64,000 bases of DNA from Chloroflexota bacterium (GTDB lineage Bacteria; Chloroflexota; Limnocylindria; QHBO01): assembly GCA_040902225.1 (NCBI GenBank), contig JBBDXT010000007.1, positions 449,112 through 513,111 on the forward strand. The letters are read 5' to 3'. A program made the position numbers and the translations under genes. This document shows, piece after piece, positions 48,921 to 59,024 of the stretch (position 1 is the stretch's first letter; every line of letters begins with the position of its first letter). The notes beneath the pieces are model-generated. The model made no database searches. It was not told the origin of the DNA and saw only the letters and a program-made list of their open reading frames with translations.

Positions 48921-48976
48921 CCCCTGGGGTTAGATCTCCGGCACCCTAGAACGGAAGTACTGGTCGTGACTAGGAC
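48921..48976 (-). promoter_or_regulatory. conserved cassette 5' leader motif, copy L3
   Basis: cccctggggttagatctccggcaccctagaacggaagtactggtcgtgactaggacc. Confidence 0.4.
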
Positions 48977-49077
48977 CTCCGGGTACCCACGTGGTGGGGT
49001 CTGCTTGGGTCCGGTTGAGACCGGGTGCTTTAGGTTGGTGCGTCGTTGCACCGCAATCTTGGCTGCGCCGGGCCGCG

Positions 49078-50116
49078 ACACAACAGAAGACGGGGTAGAG
49101 GCGAACCTCTACCCCGTCCCTGCCAGGGGGGCTGGCTCAATCGGGGCTGTGCGCGCGGCGCATGCCCGGCTCCGTAGTCTATCCGAATGCTAGACAGCCC
49201 CCAGAGGACCGGGGGCTGTCTCGTTCAGGTCGACCGGCTGTCGCCGTTTTCTGCCTAGATGCGGCTGCGCACCATCTTGACGTTCGCGTAAGCGAGTGCG
49301 CCGAGGGATGCCAGCAGGATCAGGCTGAAGGCGATGGTCGGCAGCGGGCTGGAGCCGGCTCCGAAGAGCGAGCTATCAGCCGTGCTCTCCTCGGCCGAGA
49401 AGGTGAGGGCAGCGACCGACTGCTCGCCCGACTCAGCCTCGGACTCGGGGACCGACTGCTCCTCGGACTCGGGGACGGACTGCTCCTCGGACTCGGGGAC
49501 GGACTCTTCCTCGGACTCGGGGACCGACTGCTCCTCGGACTCCGACTCCTCAAGTTCGATGAGACAGAACGCGATGTGGCTGATGCTGTCCTCCGAAAGC
49601 GCGAGCAGTCCATCGTCGTGGGCAATGCCGGGACCAGCGAATCCAGCCTGCGCGCCGGTGTAGTCATACACGTTCGAGGCGTTGGTGCCCTTGACGATCA
49701 CATAGGCTGCCAGCCCGCCATCGACGATGAACCAGAAGCTATTGCCGTCGACGGTGATCTCGACGTTGGCCGTTGAACCATCGGGGAGCTCGACGTCGTC
49801 ATCCTGGGTGCCGTCCGGGGTCGAGTCGAACTTCAGCTCGGTGGTACCCTCGGGACACGGAACGTTGCCCCCCGAATTCGACCCCCACTCTTCATTATTA
49901 GGCCCCACCGCGATGGGGAGGACCTCCGGGCCGTCGGCCGGGTCATGCTCGGCCAGCACCGGGCTCATCACCCAGAGCATCGACAGCGCGAGCGCCGACA
50001 GTGCGGCGAGAAGGATGGCGGGCCGCGATGCGGCGGTGCGAGTACTCACGATACCGGTCTCCTTTACAGCTCCCCTGGTGCTCGGGCGATAGTCCACCCG
50101 AGACCCCCCTGGGGTT
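49078..50116. repeat. 1039-bp direct repeat, copy B
   Basis: See copy A. Identity ends where 48415 (agatct) and 50117 (catcaagg) diverge. Confidence 0.7.
49255..50049 (-). CDS. secreted cassette protein 2 (copy B, identical to copy A)
   Basis: Its translation is identical to 47553..48347. The 5' leader diverges beyond 50116. Confidence 0.6.
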   Translation of the reverse strand: MSTRTAASRPAILLAALSALALSMLWVMSPVLAEHDPADGPEVLPIAVGPNNEEWGSNSGGNVPCPEGTTELKFDSTPDGTQDDDVELPDGSTANVEITVDGNSFWFIVDGGLAAYVIVKGTNASNVYDYTGAQAGFAGPGIAHDDGLLALSEDSISHIAFCLIELEESESEEQSVPESEEESVPESEEQSVPESEEQSVPESEAESGEQSVAALTFSAEESTADSSLFGAGSSPLPTIAFSLILLASLGALAYANVKMVRSRI

Positions 50117-50245
50117 CATCAAGGAGCCGGAGAATACACGGGAAGTTGTGCGTTGCCTAGTACTTTTGTCGAGTAATTTGCAGAGCGGTGGCGGCTGGTT
50201 GGGTGCGGAGCACAAACGAACGGTGCACGCAGGCACCAATCGTGC

Positions 50246-50890
50246 TCAGCCGGTGCGCCCGCGCGCCTCCAACAGCACCACCTGACTCTCCTCGGGGAGC
50301 GAGGATGGGACGACCACCGCCTTCGGCTGACGGATCGGCTCGCTGACCGCCAGCTCGTGAAGGAAGCGCTCGGGTCCGAGCAGATCCGCTGATGCCCCGT
50401 CCGTGGCGAAGTGCATCGGGATCACGATCTTCGGGCTGATCTGGGCGACGACCTCAGCGGCCTCGGCCGGGCCGATGGTGAAGTTGCCGCCGGCCGGCAC
50501 CAGCAGCACGTCGATCGGTCCGAGCTCTGCGAGCTCCTCCTCGGTGAGCAGATGCCCCAGGTCCCCCAGGTGGCAGACGTGCACGCCGTCCATCTCCACC
50601 GCGAAGATGACGTTCTCGCCGCGCTCGGCTCCGCGCACGCCGTCGTGGAACGAACGAACTGCCGTGATCAGCAGGTTGCGATGCTCGTACTCGCCTGGCC
50701 GAGTCAGCGTCAGCCCGGCGGTGATCGAACGCGTGTAGCTGTGGTCGGCGTGGCCGTGGGAGATCGTCAGCAGGTCCACGTCGTGCTTGCCGGCGACGAA
50801 CCCGGTTGAGGGAGGACAGGGGTCGGTGATGACCGTCGCCTCGCGCCCCTTCAGGCGGAAGCAGGCGCGCCCGTACCAGGTGATCTCCAT
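50246..50890 (-). CDS. MBL-fold metallo-hydrolase
   Basis: HGHADH motif (TISHGHADHS) and downstream His/Asp ligands (HLGDLGH, IPMHF). The likely start is MEITWYGRACF at 50890. Confidence 0.7.
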   Translation of the reverse strand: MEITWYGRACFRLKGREATVITDPCPPSTGFVAGKHDVDLLTISHGHADHSYTRSITAGLTLTRPGEYEHRNLLITAVRSFHDGVRGAERGENVIFAVEMDGVHVCHLGDLGHLLTEEELAELGPIDVLLVPAGGNFTIGPAEAAEVVAQISPKIVIPMHFATDGASADLLGPERFLHELAVSEPIRQPKAVVVPSSLPEESQVVLLEARGRTG

Positions 50891-51086
50891 GGGATGGCCG
50901 ATGCTACTGGAAATGCACGAGCGCCGGTGCCCGCCCAATGACACCGGCGCTCGAAGGAGGGAGGGTGGAGGCGGAAACCCGTTGGTTTCCAACTCGCAGG
51001 GACAACCCTAGGAGCCATCGGTGAATCCCAAAGGGGGGCTTGGCTTAAGAAACCTGAACCTAACGCCGCGTCAGACGGATGCGACA

Positions 51087-52334
51087 ATGCGGCCGATGTC
51101 CTCCCTGGCCAGGCGCCTCGCCGCTCTCAGCGTCCTGCTCCTGAGCCTGGCCATCATCGCGGTGCTGGGGCTGCGCGCGACGGCGATCGGACCCTTCAGC
51201 AGCCCTACGCCCGTAGCGGCGACAGCGACGCCCCAACCTTCCGGGCCGGCCTCTTCGCAGGATCCGCTGACCGTCTTCGGCCACATCGAGGAGCAGGTTC
51301 GCCAGATGCGGGGCCTGCCGGCGGCCGACATCGGGCCCCCGGAGATCATGACCCGGGCCGAGCTGGCGCAGGTCCTGCCCGGCCTGCTCGAGCCGCCGCT
51401 CGACAACGCGACCCTGCGTGCCCTTGGCCTCCTCGACGCCGACCAGGACATCGTGGCGCTGACCGAGGAGCTGTATATCGCCCAGGTGCTCGGCTACTAC
51501 GACTTCGACGCGAAGCAGATGGTGGTGGTGACCGATGCCGGGCTGACGCCCGCGGCGCAGATCACGTATGCCCACGAGTACACCCATGCCCTGCAGGACG
51601 CTGCCTTCGACAGCGGCGCAGCGCAGGAGGCAGTCGCCGGGCAGCGGGATCGGGAGCTCGCCCTGCTTGGGCTCATGGAGGGCGACGCCACCACGGCGAT
51701 GGTGCTATGGGCGATCGGGCACCTCTCGGCCGAGGAGCTGGCGGGGATCACCCAGAGCCCCGTCCCTGACATGAGCGGGATCCCGGCCTGGATGGTCAGC
51801 CTGCTCGAATTCCCGTACCTCTCGGGGGCCGAGTTCGTCGGTCAGCTGTACGCCTCAGGCGGATGGGAGGCAGTGGACGCGGCATATCGCGACCTGCCCG
51901 CATCGACCGAGCAGATCCTGCACCACGATGCCTACGTCGACCACGAGGCTCCGACCGAGCTCGATCCGCTCGACCTGTGGAGCGCCGTCGGAGCGGATTG
52001 GGCGCACGCCTCCGATACGACCCTTGGCGAGGCGTGGATGGCGATCTGGCTGGAGGGGATCGGCGCCAGTCGAACGGCCGCCGACGCGGCGGCGGGATGG
52101 GGCGGCGACCGGTTGACCGTGGCCACCGACGCGGGTGGCAGCTGGGCCCTCGGTTGGCGGATCGCCTGGGATACAGCGAACGATGCCACCGAGTTCGAGA
52201 CCGCCTACGCGGGCGTGCAGTCTGCGCTTCCCTTTGCGACACGGCTCGTCCACGCCTCGGATCGCGAGACGATCGTCCTGCAGGCCTCCTCTGCGGAACT
52301 GCTCGAGACGATCGCAAGCCTGGCGGGCAGCTGA
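51087..52334 (+). CDS. secreted HEXXH-motif protein (putative zinc metallopeptidase)
   Basis: Signal/anchor MRPMSSLARRLAALSVLLLSLAIIAVLG and an HEYTH zincin motif (ITYAHEYTHALQD). Remaining sequence not recognisable. Confidence 0.45.
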   Translation: MRPMSSLARRLAALSVLLLSLAIIAVLGLRATAIGPFSSPTPVAATATPQPSGPASSQDPLTVFGHIEEQVRQMRGLPAADIGPPEIMTRAELAQVLPGLLEPPLDNATLRALGLLDADQDIVALTEELYIAQVLGYYDFDAKQMVVVTDAGLTPAAQITYAHEYTHALQDAAFDSGAAQEAVAGQRDRELALLGLMEGDATTAMVLWAIGHLSAEELAGITQSPVPDMSGIPAWMVSLLEFPYLSGAEFVGQLYASGGWEAVDAAYRDLPASTEQILHHDAYVDHEAPTELDPLDLWSAVGADWAHASDTTLGEAWMAIWLEGIGASRTAADAAAGWGGDRLTVATDAGGSWALGWRIAWDTANDATEFETAYAGVQSALPFATRLVHASDRETIVLQASSAELLETIASLAGS

Positions 52335-52337
52335 GCG

Positions 52338-54002
52338 CTACATCGCCTCGGGGGCGGAGATGCCCAGCAGGCCCAGCGCGTTGGCGAGCACCTGGCGGGC
52401 GGCCGCAGTCAGGGCCAGGCGGGCCTGCGAGAGCTGGATCTCGGCGGGTTCATCGGGCAGGACGCGGCAGTCGCGGTAGAACGCGCTGAAGAGCTGCGCC
52501 ACCTCCAGGCAGTAGTGGGTCAGCTCATGAGTCTCGCGCCGCTCGGCGGCGTCGGCCACCACGTCAGGCATGGCCAGCAGTCGCCGGACCAGCGCCTGCT
52601 CGGCGGAGTGCAAGAGCAGCTGAGCGGCATCCCGGGCGTCGGGCGCGAGTTTCTCGTCGGCCGCTCGACGCAGGATCGAGCTGCAGCGGGCATGGGCGTA
52701 CTGGACGTAATAGACCGGGTTCTCGGCGCTCTGCTTCTTGGCCAGCTCGATGTCGAGGTCGATCCCGGTCGTCGTCGCCCGGGAGCCGAAGTACCAGCGC
52801 GCCGCATCCGGCCCGATCTCGGCCAGTAGCTCATCAAGGCTGATGAACTCGCCGGAGCGCTTGCTCATCCCGATCTCGACCCCGTCCCGCACGAAGCGCA
52901 CCCAGGCCATCAGCATCCAGTGCACCGCCTCGGCGTCGAATCCCAGCGCCCGGGCGGCCGCGCGGTTGCGCGCCACCGTCCCGTGGTGATCCTCACCCCA
53001 GAGGTAGATCAGCTCCTCGAAGCCACGACTGAACTTCTGCGCGATGTAGCCGAGGTCCGACGCAAAGTACGTTGGCTGGCCGTTCGAGCGGATCACCACC
53101 CGGTCCTTGTCATCTCCAAAGGCCGTCGAGCGGAACCAGGTGGCCCCATCGGCTTCGTAGATGTGCCCGGCGTCGCCCAGCTGGTCGACCGCGCGGGCGA
53201 CCCATCCCTGCTCGTGGATCGACCCCTCGCTGGTCCACACGTCAAAGCGGACGCCGAGCCGGGCGAGGCTCTCCTCGATCCCGGCGCGAACCCGTTCCGA
53301 GGCCCATCGGCCAAGAATTGATCCGGCGTCGGCGCCCGGCGCCGCTGCCTCGGCCCAGGTCTCGTCGGGAACCTGCGCTGCAAGCTCGGCCACGTAGTCA
53401 CCGTGATAGCCGTCCTCGGGAACCTGCCCGCCCTCCCGGCGAGCCTGCACCGACAGGCCGAGGTTCAGCACCTGCGCATTGAAGTCGTTGAAGTAGTACT
53501 CGCGCGTCACCTCGTGGCCGACCCCCTCCAGCACGCGAGACAGCAGGTCGCCGACAAAGGCGCCGCGCGCGTTGCCCACGGTCAGCGGACCGGTCGGGTT
53601 GGCCGATACGAACTCGACGTTGATCTTCCGCGGCCGATCGGCGCGGGCGCCGCCAAAACTCGGCCCGGCCTCCAGGATGGCACCGATCTGGCCGGCGACC
53701 CAGGCGGGGTCGAGGCGCATGTTCAGGAAGCCAGGCGGCGCAATGCTCACCTCCGCGACTCCCTCGGGGAGGCCGAGGTGGCGCTTCAGGGTCTCGGCGA
53801 TGCGCAGCGGAGCTGCGCGCGCAACCGGCGCGAGCTGCATGGCGGCGTTGGTGGCGTAGTCGCCGTGCTCCGGACGCCCCGGTCGTTCGAGGCTGATCGG
53901 GGGCCACGTGGCGCCCTCCTGGCGGCCCAGCTCACCGGCCGCCTCGGCGCGGTCGCGGGCTGCCTCGACCGCGGCGCGCAGATCCGCGCGCAGCGAGCTC
54001 AT
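52338..54002 (-). CDS. argS: arginine--tRNA ligase
   Basis: Class I aaRS HIGH-type region (PTGPLTVGNARGAFVGD), a DALR anticodon-binding C-terminus, and 554 aa. Confidence 0.9.
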   Translation of the reverse strand: MSSLRADLRAAVEAARDRAEAAGELGRQEGATWPPISLERPGRPEHGDYATNAAMQLAPVARAAPLRIAETLKRHLGLPEGVAEVSIAPPGFLNMRLDPAWVAGQIGAILEAGPSFGGARADRPRKINVEFVSANPTGPLTVGNARGAFVGDLLSRVLEGVGHEVTREYYFNDFNAQVLNLGLSVQARREGGQVPEDGYHGDYVAELAAQVPDETWAEAAAPGADAGSILGRWASERVRAGIEESLARLGVRFDVWTSEGSIHEQGWVARAVDQLGDAGHIYEADGATWFRSTAFGDDKDRVVIRSNGQPTYFASDLGYIAQKFSRGFEELIYLWGEDHHGTVARNRAAARALGFDAEAVHWMLMAWVRFVRDGVEIGMSKRSGEFISLDELLAEIGPDAARWYFGSRATTTGIDLDIELAKKQSAENPVYYVQYAHARCSSILRRAADEKLAPDARDAAQLLLHSAEQALVRRLLAMPDVVADAAERRETHELTHYCLEVAQLFSAFYRDCRVLPDEPAEIQLSQARLALTAAARQVLANALGLLGISAPEAM

Positions 54003-54913
54003 CGGTCCCTGGCCAGTCGCAGCTCGAGCACCTGGTCGGCGTCGAAGCCGCGCAGCGCGAGGGCCTCAGCTGCCACCTCCAGCAGGGCCCCGGCCGGCGC
54101 CAGACCGATCAGCTCGCAGTGGTCGATATCGGCTCCGAACTGGCGTGCCAGCTGCCGGATCTCGTTCACCACCCGGGCGATGCCGGTCTGCTCCCAGTCG
54201 ACCAGGTTCATGCTCACCTGGGCATAGCGTGGCTGGCCGGGGTTCTCGAGCTGGACCGCCATCGCCTGCACCGCCGGGAGCCCGCCCGACGATTCGCGGA
54301 TCGCCTCGGCGATGCGCTGGGCCAGGCTGATGTCGTCGGTGGCCAGGTTGACGTTGAAGGCGATCAGCGGCTTGCGCGCCCCGACTGCGACGGCCCCCGC
54401 GCGGGGATGCGGGCGCTTGGGACCGAAGTCGGGGTCACGCTCCGGATCGGAGCCGAGCTCGGCCTTGAGCCCCTCGTACTGCCCGCGTCGCACGTCGGCG
54501 AGGCGGCGGCGCTCCGGGCGCAGCGCAGCCTCACCGTAGAGGTAGACAGGGAGTTCATAGGTCCGCGCGATCTGCTCGCCAAAGCGTCGCGCCAGGTCGA
54601 CGCACTCCTCCATGCGGGTCGTGCCCAGCGGGACAAAGGGAATGACGTCGACCGACCCGATGCGCGGGTGGGCGCCGGTGTGCTGCTCCATGTCGATCAG
54701 CTCCACCGCGCGGCCCACAGCAGCGGTCGCGGCCCTCACCACGGGCTCAGCTGATCCTGCGAACGTCACCACGCTTCGGTTGTGGGTCTCGTCCCGCGAG
54801 TAGTCGAGGAGCGTCACGCCATCGATCTGCCGAACCGTGCGCACGATCTCCTCGACGACCTCCGCGCGACGACCTTCCGAGAAGTTGGGGACGCATTCAA
54901 TGAGGCTGGGCAT
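53999..54913 (-). CDS. glutamate formimidoyltransferase (FtcD N-terminal-domain family)
   Basis: MPSLIECVPNFSEGR N-terminus and 304 aa length are typical of formiminotransferase. Confidence 0.75.
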   Translation of the reverse strand: MPSLIECVPNFSEGRRAEVVEEIVRTVRQIDGVTLLDYSRDETHNRSVVTFAGSAEPVVRAATAAVGRAVELIDMEQHTGAHPRIGSVDVIPFVPLGTTRMEECVDLARRFGEQIARTYELPVYLYGEAALRPERRRLADVRRGQYEGLKAELGSDPERDPDFGPKRPHPRAGAVAVGARKPLIAFNVNLATDDISLAQRIAEAIRESSGGLPAVQAMAVQLENPGQPRYAQVSMNLVDWEQTGIARVVNEIRQLARQFGADIDHCELIGLAPAGALLEVAAEALALRGFDADQVLELRLARDR

Positions 54914-54944
54914 GGCGGAACCGATGATACCGGCGGGTACCCGC

Positions 54945-56105
54945 TCAGGCGTCGGCGGCGGCAGCCTGTGGTGGATCGTCTCGACCGATGCCGTCCGGGT
55001 TCTTGCCCCGCGCCCGCGCCAGGCGCTCGGCGAGGAGCTGGAGCGGGATGGCCGTCGCTAGCGCGGCTGCGGCCGAGCGTGGGAGCGCGGCGGCCAGGGG
55101 AACGCTCAGCCGTCCGGCCGGCGTGAGCGCATTGGGGATGTCGTCGCCGAGGTCGGCGGCGATCAGAGCGGCGGCGGGCATGCCCAGCTCTCGGGCCGAG
55201 CGCAGGACGGCGAGCGACCGCTCGATCAGCGTCTCGCCCCAGCCTTCGGCGTCGGTCAGGAGCATCACCAGCCCGGTCTGCGCATCGACCGCTGCCAGGT
55301 GACCGTGCCGGATCGTCTCGAGCTGGAGCGCCGATGCCGGCAATCGCGCTCCCTCCTCGATCTTGAGCGCCAGCTCGCGGGCCGCGGGATAGTCGATTCC
55401 CGAGCCAACGATCAGCAGGCGCGAGCAGCCCGCTAGTCCCGCTGCCGCAGCTTCGGCAGTTGGCTCGTGCCCGGCGGCCTCGAGCAGCGCGCGCGCCACG
55501 ACCGGGTCGATCGGCTTGTCGCGAAGAACGCCCGCCAGCGCGGCCGCGGCAATGACCGGGGAAAGGTAGCCGACGGTGTGGCACCAGCTCTGGTCCTGCT
55601 CCTGGGTGGCAATGACGTGGTCTGACAACGCAGCAGCGGGGGAACGATCGCTGACCGTGATCAGCGCCGTTGTGGACCCAGCGGCGCTCGCGGCCTTGAG
55701 CGCCTCGTTGGTCGCCCACGTCCCGCCTTCGTGCGACACCGCCAGGAGGAGGCCGCCGCGCGGCGGTCGGCGAGCGACTTCCAGAGCCTGCATCGGCCAG
55801 ACGGTGGTGGCGTCCAGGGCATCGGTCAGCAGCTCTGCGGCGATCATTGCCGCGTGCTCGCTCGTGCCGCAGCCGGTTGTGATGATCGGTCCGTCGGCGG
55901 TCGCTGCCGTGCGGATCGCTTCGGCCGCCCGACCCAACGCAGGATCGTCGGACAGGCGCCGCAGCAGCCGCTCGGCAAGGGCCGGCTCGGCCGCGATCAT
56001 CTCGGTCATGGCGTAGGGAGGGCCGTCACGCCGGGCGGGCATCTCCGAGCCCGCCCACGGGTCGGGAGCACCGGGCAGGGGGGTCTCCGGGTCGAAGGTG
56101 TCCAC
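54945..56105 (-). CDS. SIS-domain protein (sugar isomerase/aminotransferase-isomerase-like)
   Basis: Two SIS-type phosphosugar-binding regions (GCGTSEHAA, LIVGSGIDYPAARELALKIEE). Confidence 0.55.
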   Translation of the reverse strand: MDTFDPETPLPGAPDPWAGSEMPARRDGPPYAMTEMIAAEPALAERLLRRLSDDPALGRAAEAIRTAATADGPIITTGCGTSEHAAMIAAELLTDALDATTVWPMQALEVARRPPRGGLLLAVSHEGGTWATNEALKAASAAGSTTALITVSDRSPAAALSDHVIATQEQDQSWCHTVGYLSPVIAAAALAGVLRDKPIDPVVARALLEAAGHEPTAEAAAAGLAGCSRLLIVGSGIDYPAARELALKIEEGARLPASALQLETIRHGHLAAVDAQTGLVMLLTDAEGWGETLIERSLAVLRSARELGMPAAALIAADLGDDIPNALTPAGRLSVPLAAALPRSAAAALATAIPLQLLAERLARARGKNPDGIGRDDPPQAAAADA

Positions 56106-56160
56106 GAGCCGATGCTACGGCATGACCGCGCACCGTCGTGGCGAGCGGTACGCTGGGCCC

Positions 56161-57264
56161 ATGCCAGAGCAGTCGGACCTGCCGGTCCCGCCGCGGGCCA
56201 GCTTCGAGCCTGAGCTGCCCGCCGACCCCAACCTCATCAACCTCCATGACTACGAGCGGGCGGCGGCCGAGCGGCTCGCGGCGGGTCCGCTCGCCTACTT
56301 CACGGGCGGCGCCGGCGACGAGGTCACTCTGCGCGACAACCGGGCCGCCTTTGCGCGACAGGCGATCGTGCCGCGCGTCATGCGCGACGTCTCAACGGTG
56401 GATACAAGCGTCGAGCTCTTGGGGCGGCGCTGGCCCTCCCCGATCTTCATCGCGCCCACGGCGCTCCAACGCATGGCCCATCCCGACGGCGAGCTTGCCA
56501 CCGCCCGTGCCGCTGCGGCGCGCGGCGTGACGATGGCCGTCTCTACCTCCGCCAGCACCGACCTGGCCGAGATCGCCGCGGTCGGCGGCCCGCGTTGGTT
56601 CCAGGTCTACTTCCTCGCCGACCCCGGCGCGCGCCGCGCACTGATCGAGCGCGCCGTAGCTCACGGCTACGAGGCGCTGGTGCTCACCGTCGACCTCGCG
56701 CGCATCGGGCAGCGAGAGCGCGACCTGCGGGTCGGCTTTCGGATCCCGGAAGGCGTCGAGATCCCGAACGTGGCGATCGCCGCGGGAGTCCCGCCGTCCG
56801 AGGTCGGATCGGTTGAATACGTCGATCGCATGAGCTGGGCCGATCTCGAGTGGCTGGCCCGCTTTGGACTGCCGGTCATCGTCAAGGGGATCCTGCATCC
56901 AGATGACGCGCGCCTGGCGATCGAGCATGGCGCGGCGGGGATCGGCGTGAGCAACCATGGGGGGCGCCAACTGGATGGCGCAATTGCGAGCCTCGACGCG
57001 TTGCCGGCAGTGGTTGACGCCGTTGCCGCCCGGGTGCCCGTGCTGCTCGACGGCGGGGTGCGGCGCGGGACCGATGTTCTCGTCAGTCTTGCCCTCGGCG
57101 CCACCGCGGTCGGCATCGGCCGGCCCGTGATCTGGGGGCTGGCGGTGGACGGCGAAGCGGGCGTGGGCAACGTGCTCGACCTGCTCGGCAACGAGCTCGC
57201 GAATGCCATGGCGCTTGTGGGCGCTGCGAGCGTTGCAGATCTCGACCCGGACCTGCTGGCCTAG
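56161..57264 (+). CDS. FMN-dependent alpha-hydroxy-acid dehydrogenase/oxidase
   Basis: TIM-barrel FMN motifs ([26 protein letters not shown]). Confidence 0.8.
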   Translation: MPEQSDLPVPPRASFEPELPADPNLINLHDYERAAAERLAAGPLAYFTGGAGDEVTLRDNRAAFARQAIVPRVMRDVSTVDTSVELLGRRWPSPIFIAPTALQRMAHPDGELATARAAAARGVTMAVSTSASTDLAEIAAVGGPRWFQVYFLADPGARRALIERAVAHGYEALVLTVDLARIGQRERDLRVGFRIPEGVEIPNVAIAAGVPPSEVGSVEYVDRMSWADLEWLARFGLPVIVKGILHPDDARLAIEHGAAGIGVSNHGGRQLDGAIASLDALPAVVDAVAARVPVLLDGGVRRGTDVLVSLALGATAVGIGRPVIWGLAVDGEAGVGNVLDLLGNELANAMALVGAASVADLDPDLLA

Positions 57265-58979
57265 ACCTCCTCGGCCATCGGCACGTGAACGCCGCGTTCG
57301 CGGGCGACCTCCAGGGCACGCTCGTAGCCAGCGTCGGCGTGCCGGATGACGCCCATCCCCGGGTCCGTGGTCAGCACGCGCTCCAGTCTGGCTGCGGCTT
57401 CATCGGTCCCGTCTGCGACGACCACCATTCCGGCGTGTAGCGAGTAGCCGATCCCCACCCCTCCGCCGTGATGCACGCTGACCCAGGTGGCGCCGGCGGC
57501 GGTGTTGACTAGGGCGTTCAGGATCGGCCAATCAGCGATCGCGTCAGACCCATCCTTCATCCCCTCGGTCTCGCGGTACGGGCTGGCCACGGAGCCGGCG
57601 TCCAGGTGGTCGCGCCCAATCACGATCGGCGCCGCCAGCTCCCCCGACCGGACCATCTCGTTGATGCGCAGCCCCGCCTTGGCTCGCTCGCCGTAGCCGA
57701 GCCAGCAGATCCGCGCCGGCAGCCCCTGGAACGGCACCTTCTCCTCGGCCAGGCGCAGCCATCGGTGCAGTGACTCGTCCTCCGGGAAGAGGGCGGCGAG
57801 GGCGGCATCGGTCTTGAGGATGTCGTTCGGATCGCCCGACAGGGCGGCCCAACGGAACGGACCCTTCCCCTCGCAGAAGAGCGGCCGGATAAAGGCAGGC
57901 ACGAAGCCGGGGAAGTCGAAGGCGTCGGACACGCCCGCGTCGCGTGCGAAGTTTCGAATGTTGTTGCCATAGTCGAACACGACCGACCCGGACCGATGGA
58001 AGGCGAGCATCGCGCGCACGTGCTCGGCGATGGAGGCCAGGGATTTGCTGGTGTACCCGTCGGGGTCGCGCTCGCGTAGCGCGAGCGCCTCCGCCAGGCC
58101 GATGCCTCCCGGGACATAGCCGTTCAGCGGATCGTGGGCGCTGGTCTGGTCGGTGACGATGTCGGGATGCCAGCCGCGCTTGACCAGCTCGGGCTCGACG
58201 TCGGCGGCGTTGCGGATGAGCGCCACGCTACGGGCCTCGCCCGCGGCACGCCAGGCATCGACTCGCCGAACCGCCTCGTCGAGGTCGATCGTCAGCTCAT
58301 CGACGTAGCCAGCCTTGTGACGCCGCTCGGCTCGTGCCGGGTCCACCTCGATGGCCAGCACCGCCCCCTCGTTCATGGTGATGGCCAGCGGCTGCGCGCC
58401 GCCCATCCCGCCCAGCCCGGCGGTCAGGGTGGCCGTGCCCTTGAGGGAGCCGTTGAAGTGCTGCCGCGCCGCCTCGGCGAAGGTCTCGTAGGTTCCCTGG
58501 ATGATCCCCTGCGTGGCGATGTAGATCCACGACCCGGCGGTCATCTGGCCGTACATCGTCAGGCCGGCGCGCTCCAGCTCGCGGAACTGCTCCCAGGTCG
58601 CCCAGTGGGGGACGAGCATGGCGTTCACGATCAGAACCCGCGGCGCCTGGGTCGTGGTGCGGAACACGCCAACCGGCTTGCCTGACTGGACGAGGAGGGT
58701 CTCGTCGTTCTCGAGCCGGCGCAACTCGCGGACGATGGCGTCGAACGCCTCCCAGCTGCGCGCTGCCCGCCCGGTGCCGCCATAGACGATCAGGTGGTCA
58801 GGGTCCTCGGCCACGTCGGGGTCGAGGTTGTTCATCAGCATCCGTAGCGCCGCCTCCTGGCCCCAGCCCTTGCAGGAGAGCTCCGTACCGTGCGGCGCAT
58901 GAACGGGACGAGGTCCTGATGCGGGCTTCGCTGTCGCAGTCATGCGCCATTCTCCCACCCGAATCGACGCCAGGTGCAC
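57261..58979 (-). CDS. hutU: urocanate hydratase
   Basis: Strong full-length similarity pattern to HutU ([21 protein letters not shown]). The start is possibly M13 (58943). Confidence 0.9.
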   Translation of the reverse strand: MHLASIRVGEWRMTATAKPASGPRPVHAPHGTELSCKGWGQEAALRMLMNNLDPDVAEDPDHLIVYGGTGRAARSWEAFDAIVRELRRLENDETLLVQSGKPVGVFRTTTQAPRVLIVNAMLVPHWATWEQFRELERAGLTMYGQMTAGSWIYIATQGIIQGTYETFAEAARQHFNGSLKGTATLTAGLGGMGGAQPLAITMNEGAVLAIEVDPARAERRHKAGYVDELTIDLDEAVRRVDAWRAAGEARSVALIRNAADVEPELVKRGWHPDIVTDQTSAHDPLNGYVPGGIGLAEALALRERDPDGYTSKSLASIAEHVRAMLAFHRSGSVVFDYGNNIRNFARDAGVSDAFDFPGFVPAFIRPLFCEGKGPFRWAALSGDPNDILKTDAALAALFPEDESLHRWLRLAEEKVPFQGLPARICWLGYGERAKAGLRINEMVRSGELAAPIVIGRDHLDAGSVASPYRETEGMKDGSDAIADWPILNALVNTAAGATWVSVHHGGGVGIGYSLHAGMVVVADGTDEAAARLERVLTTDPGMGVIRHADAGYERALEVARERGVHVPMAEEV

Positions 58980-59024
58980 CCGTCCCTACCGGTGCCCCCC
59001 GGCACGGCCGAAGTCGTGGCGCTA

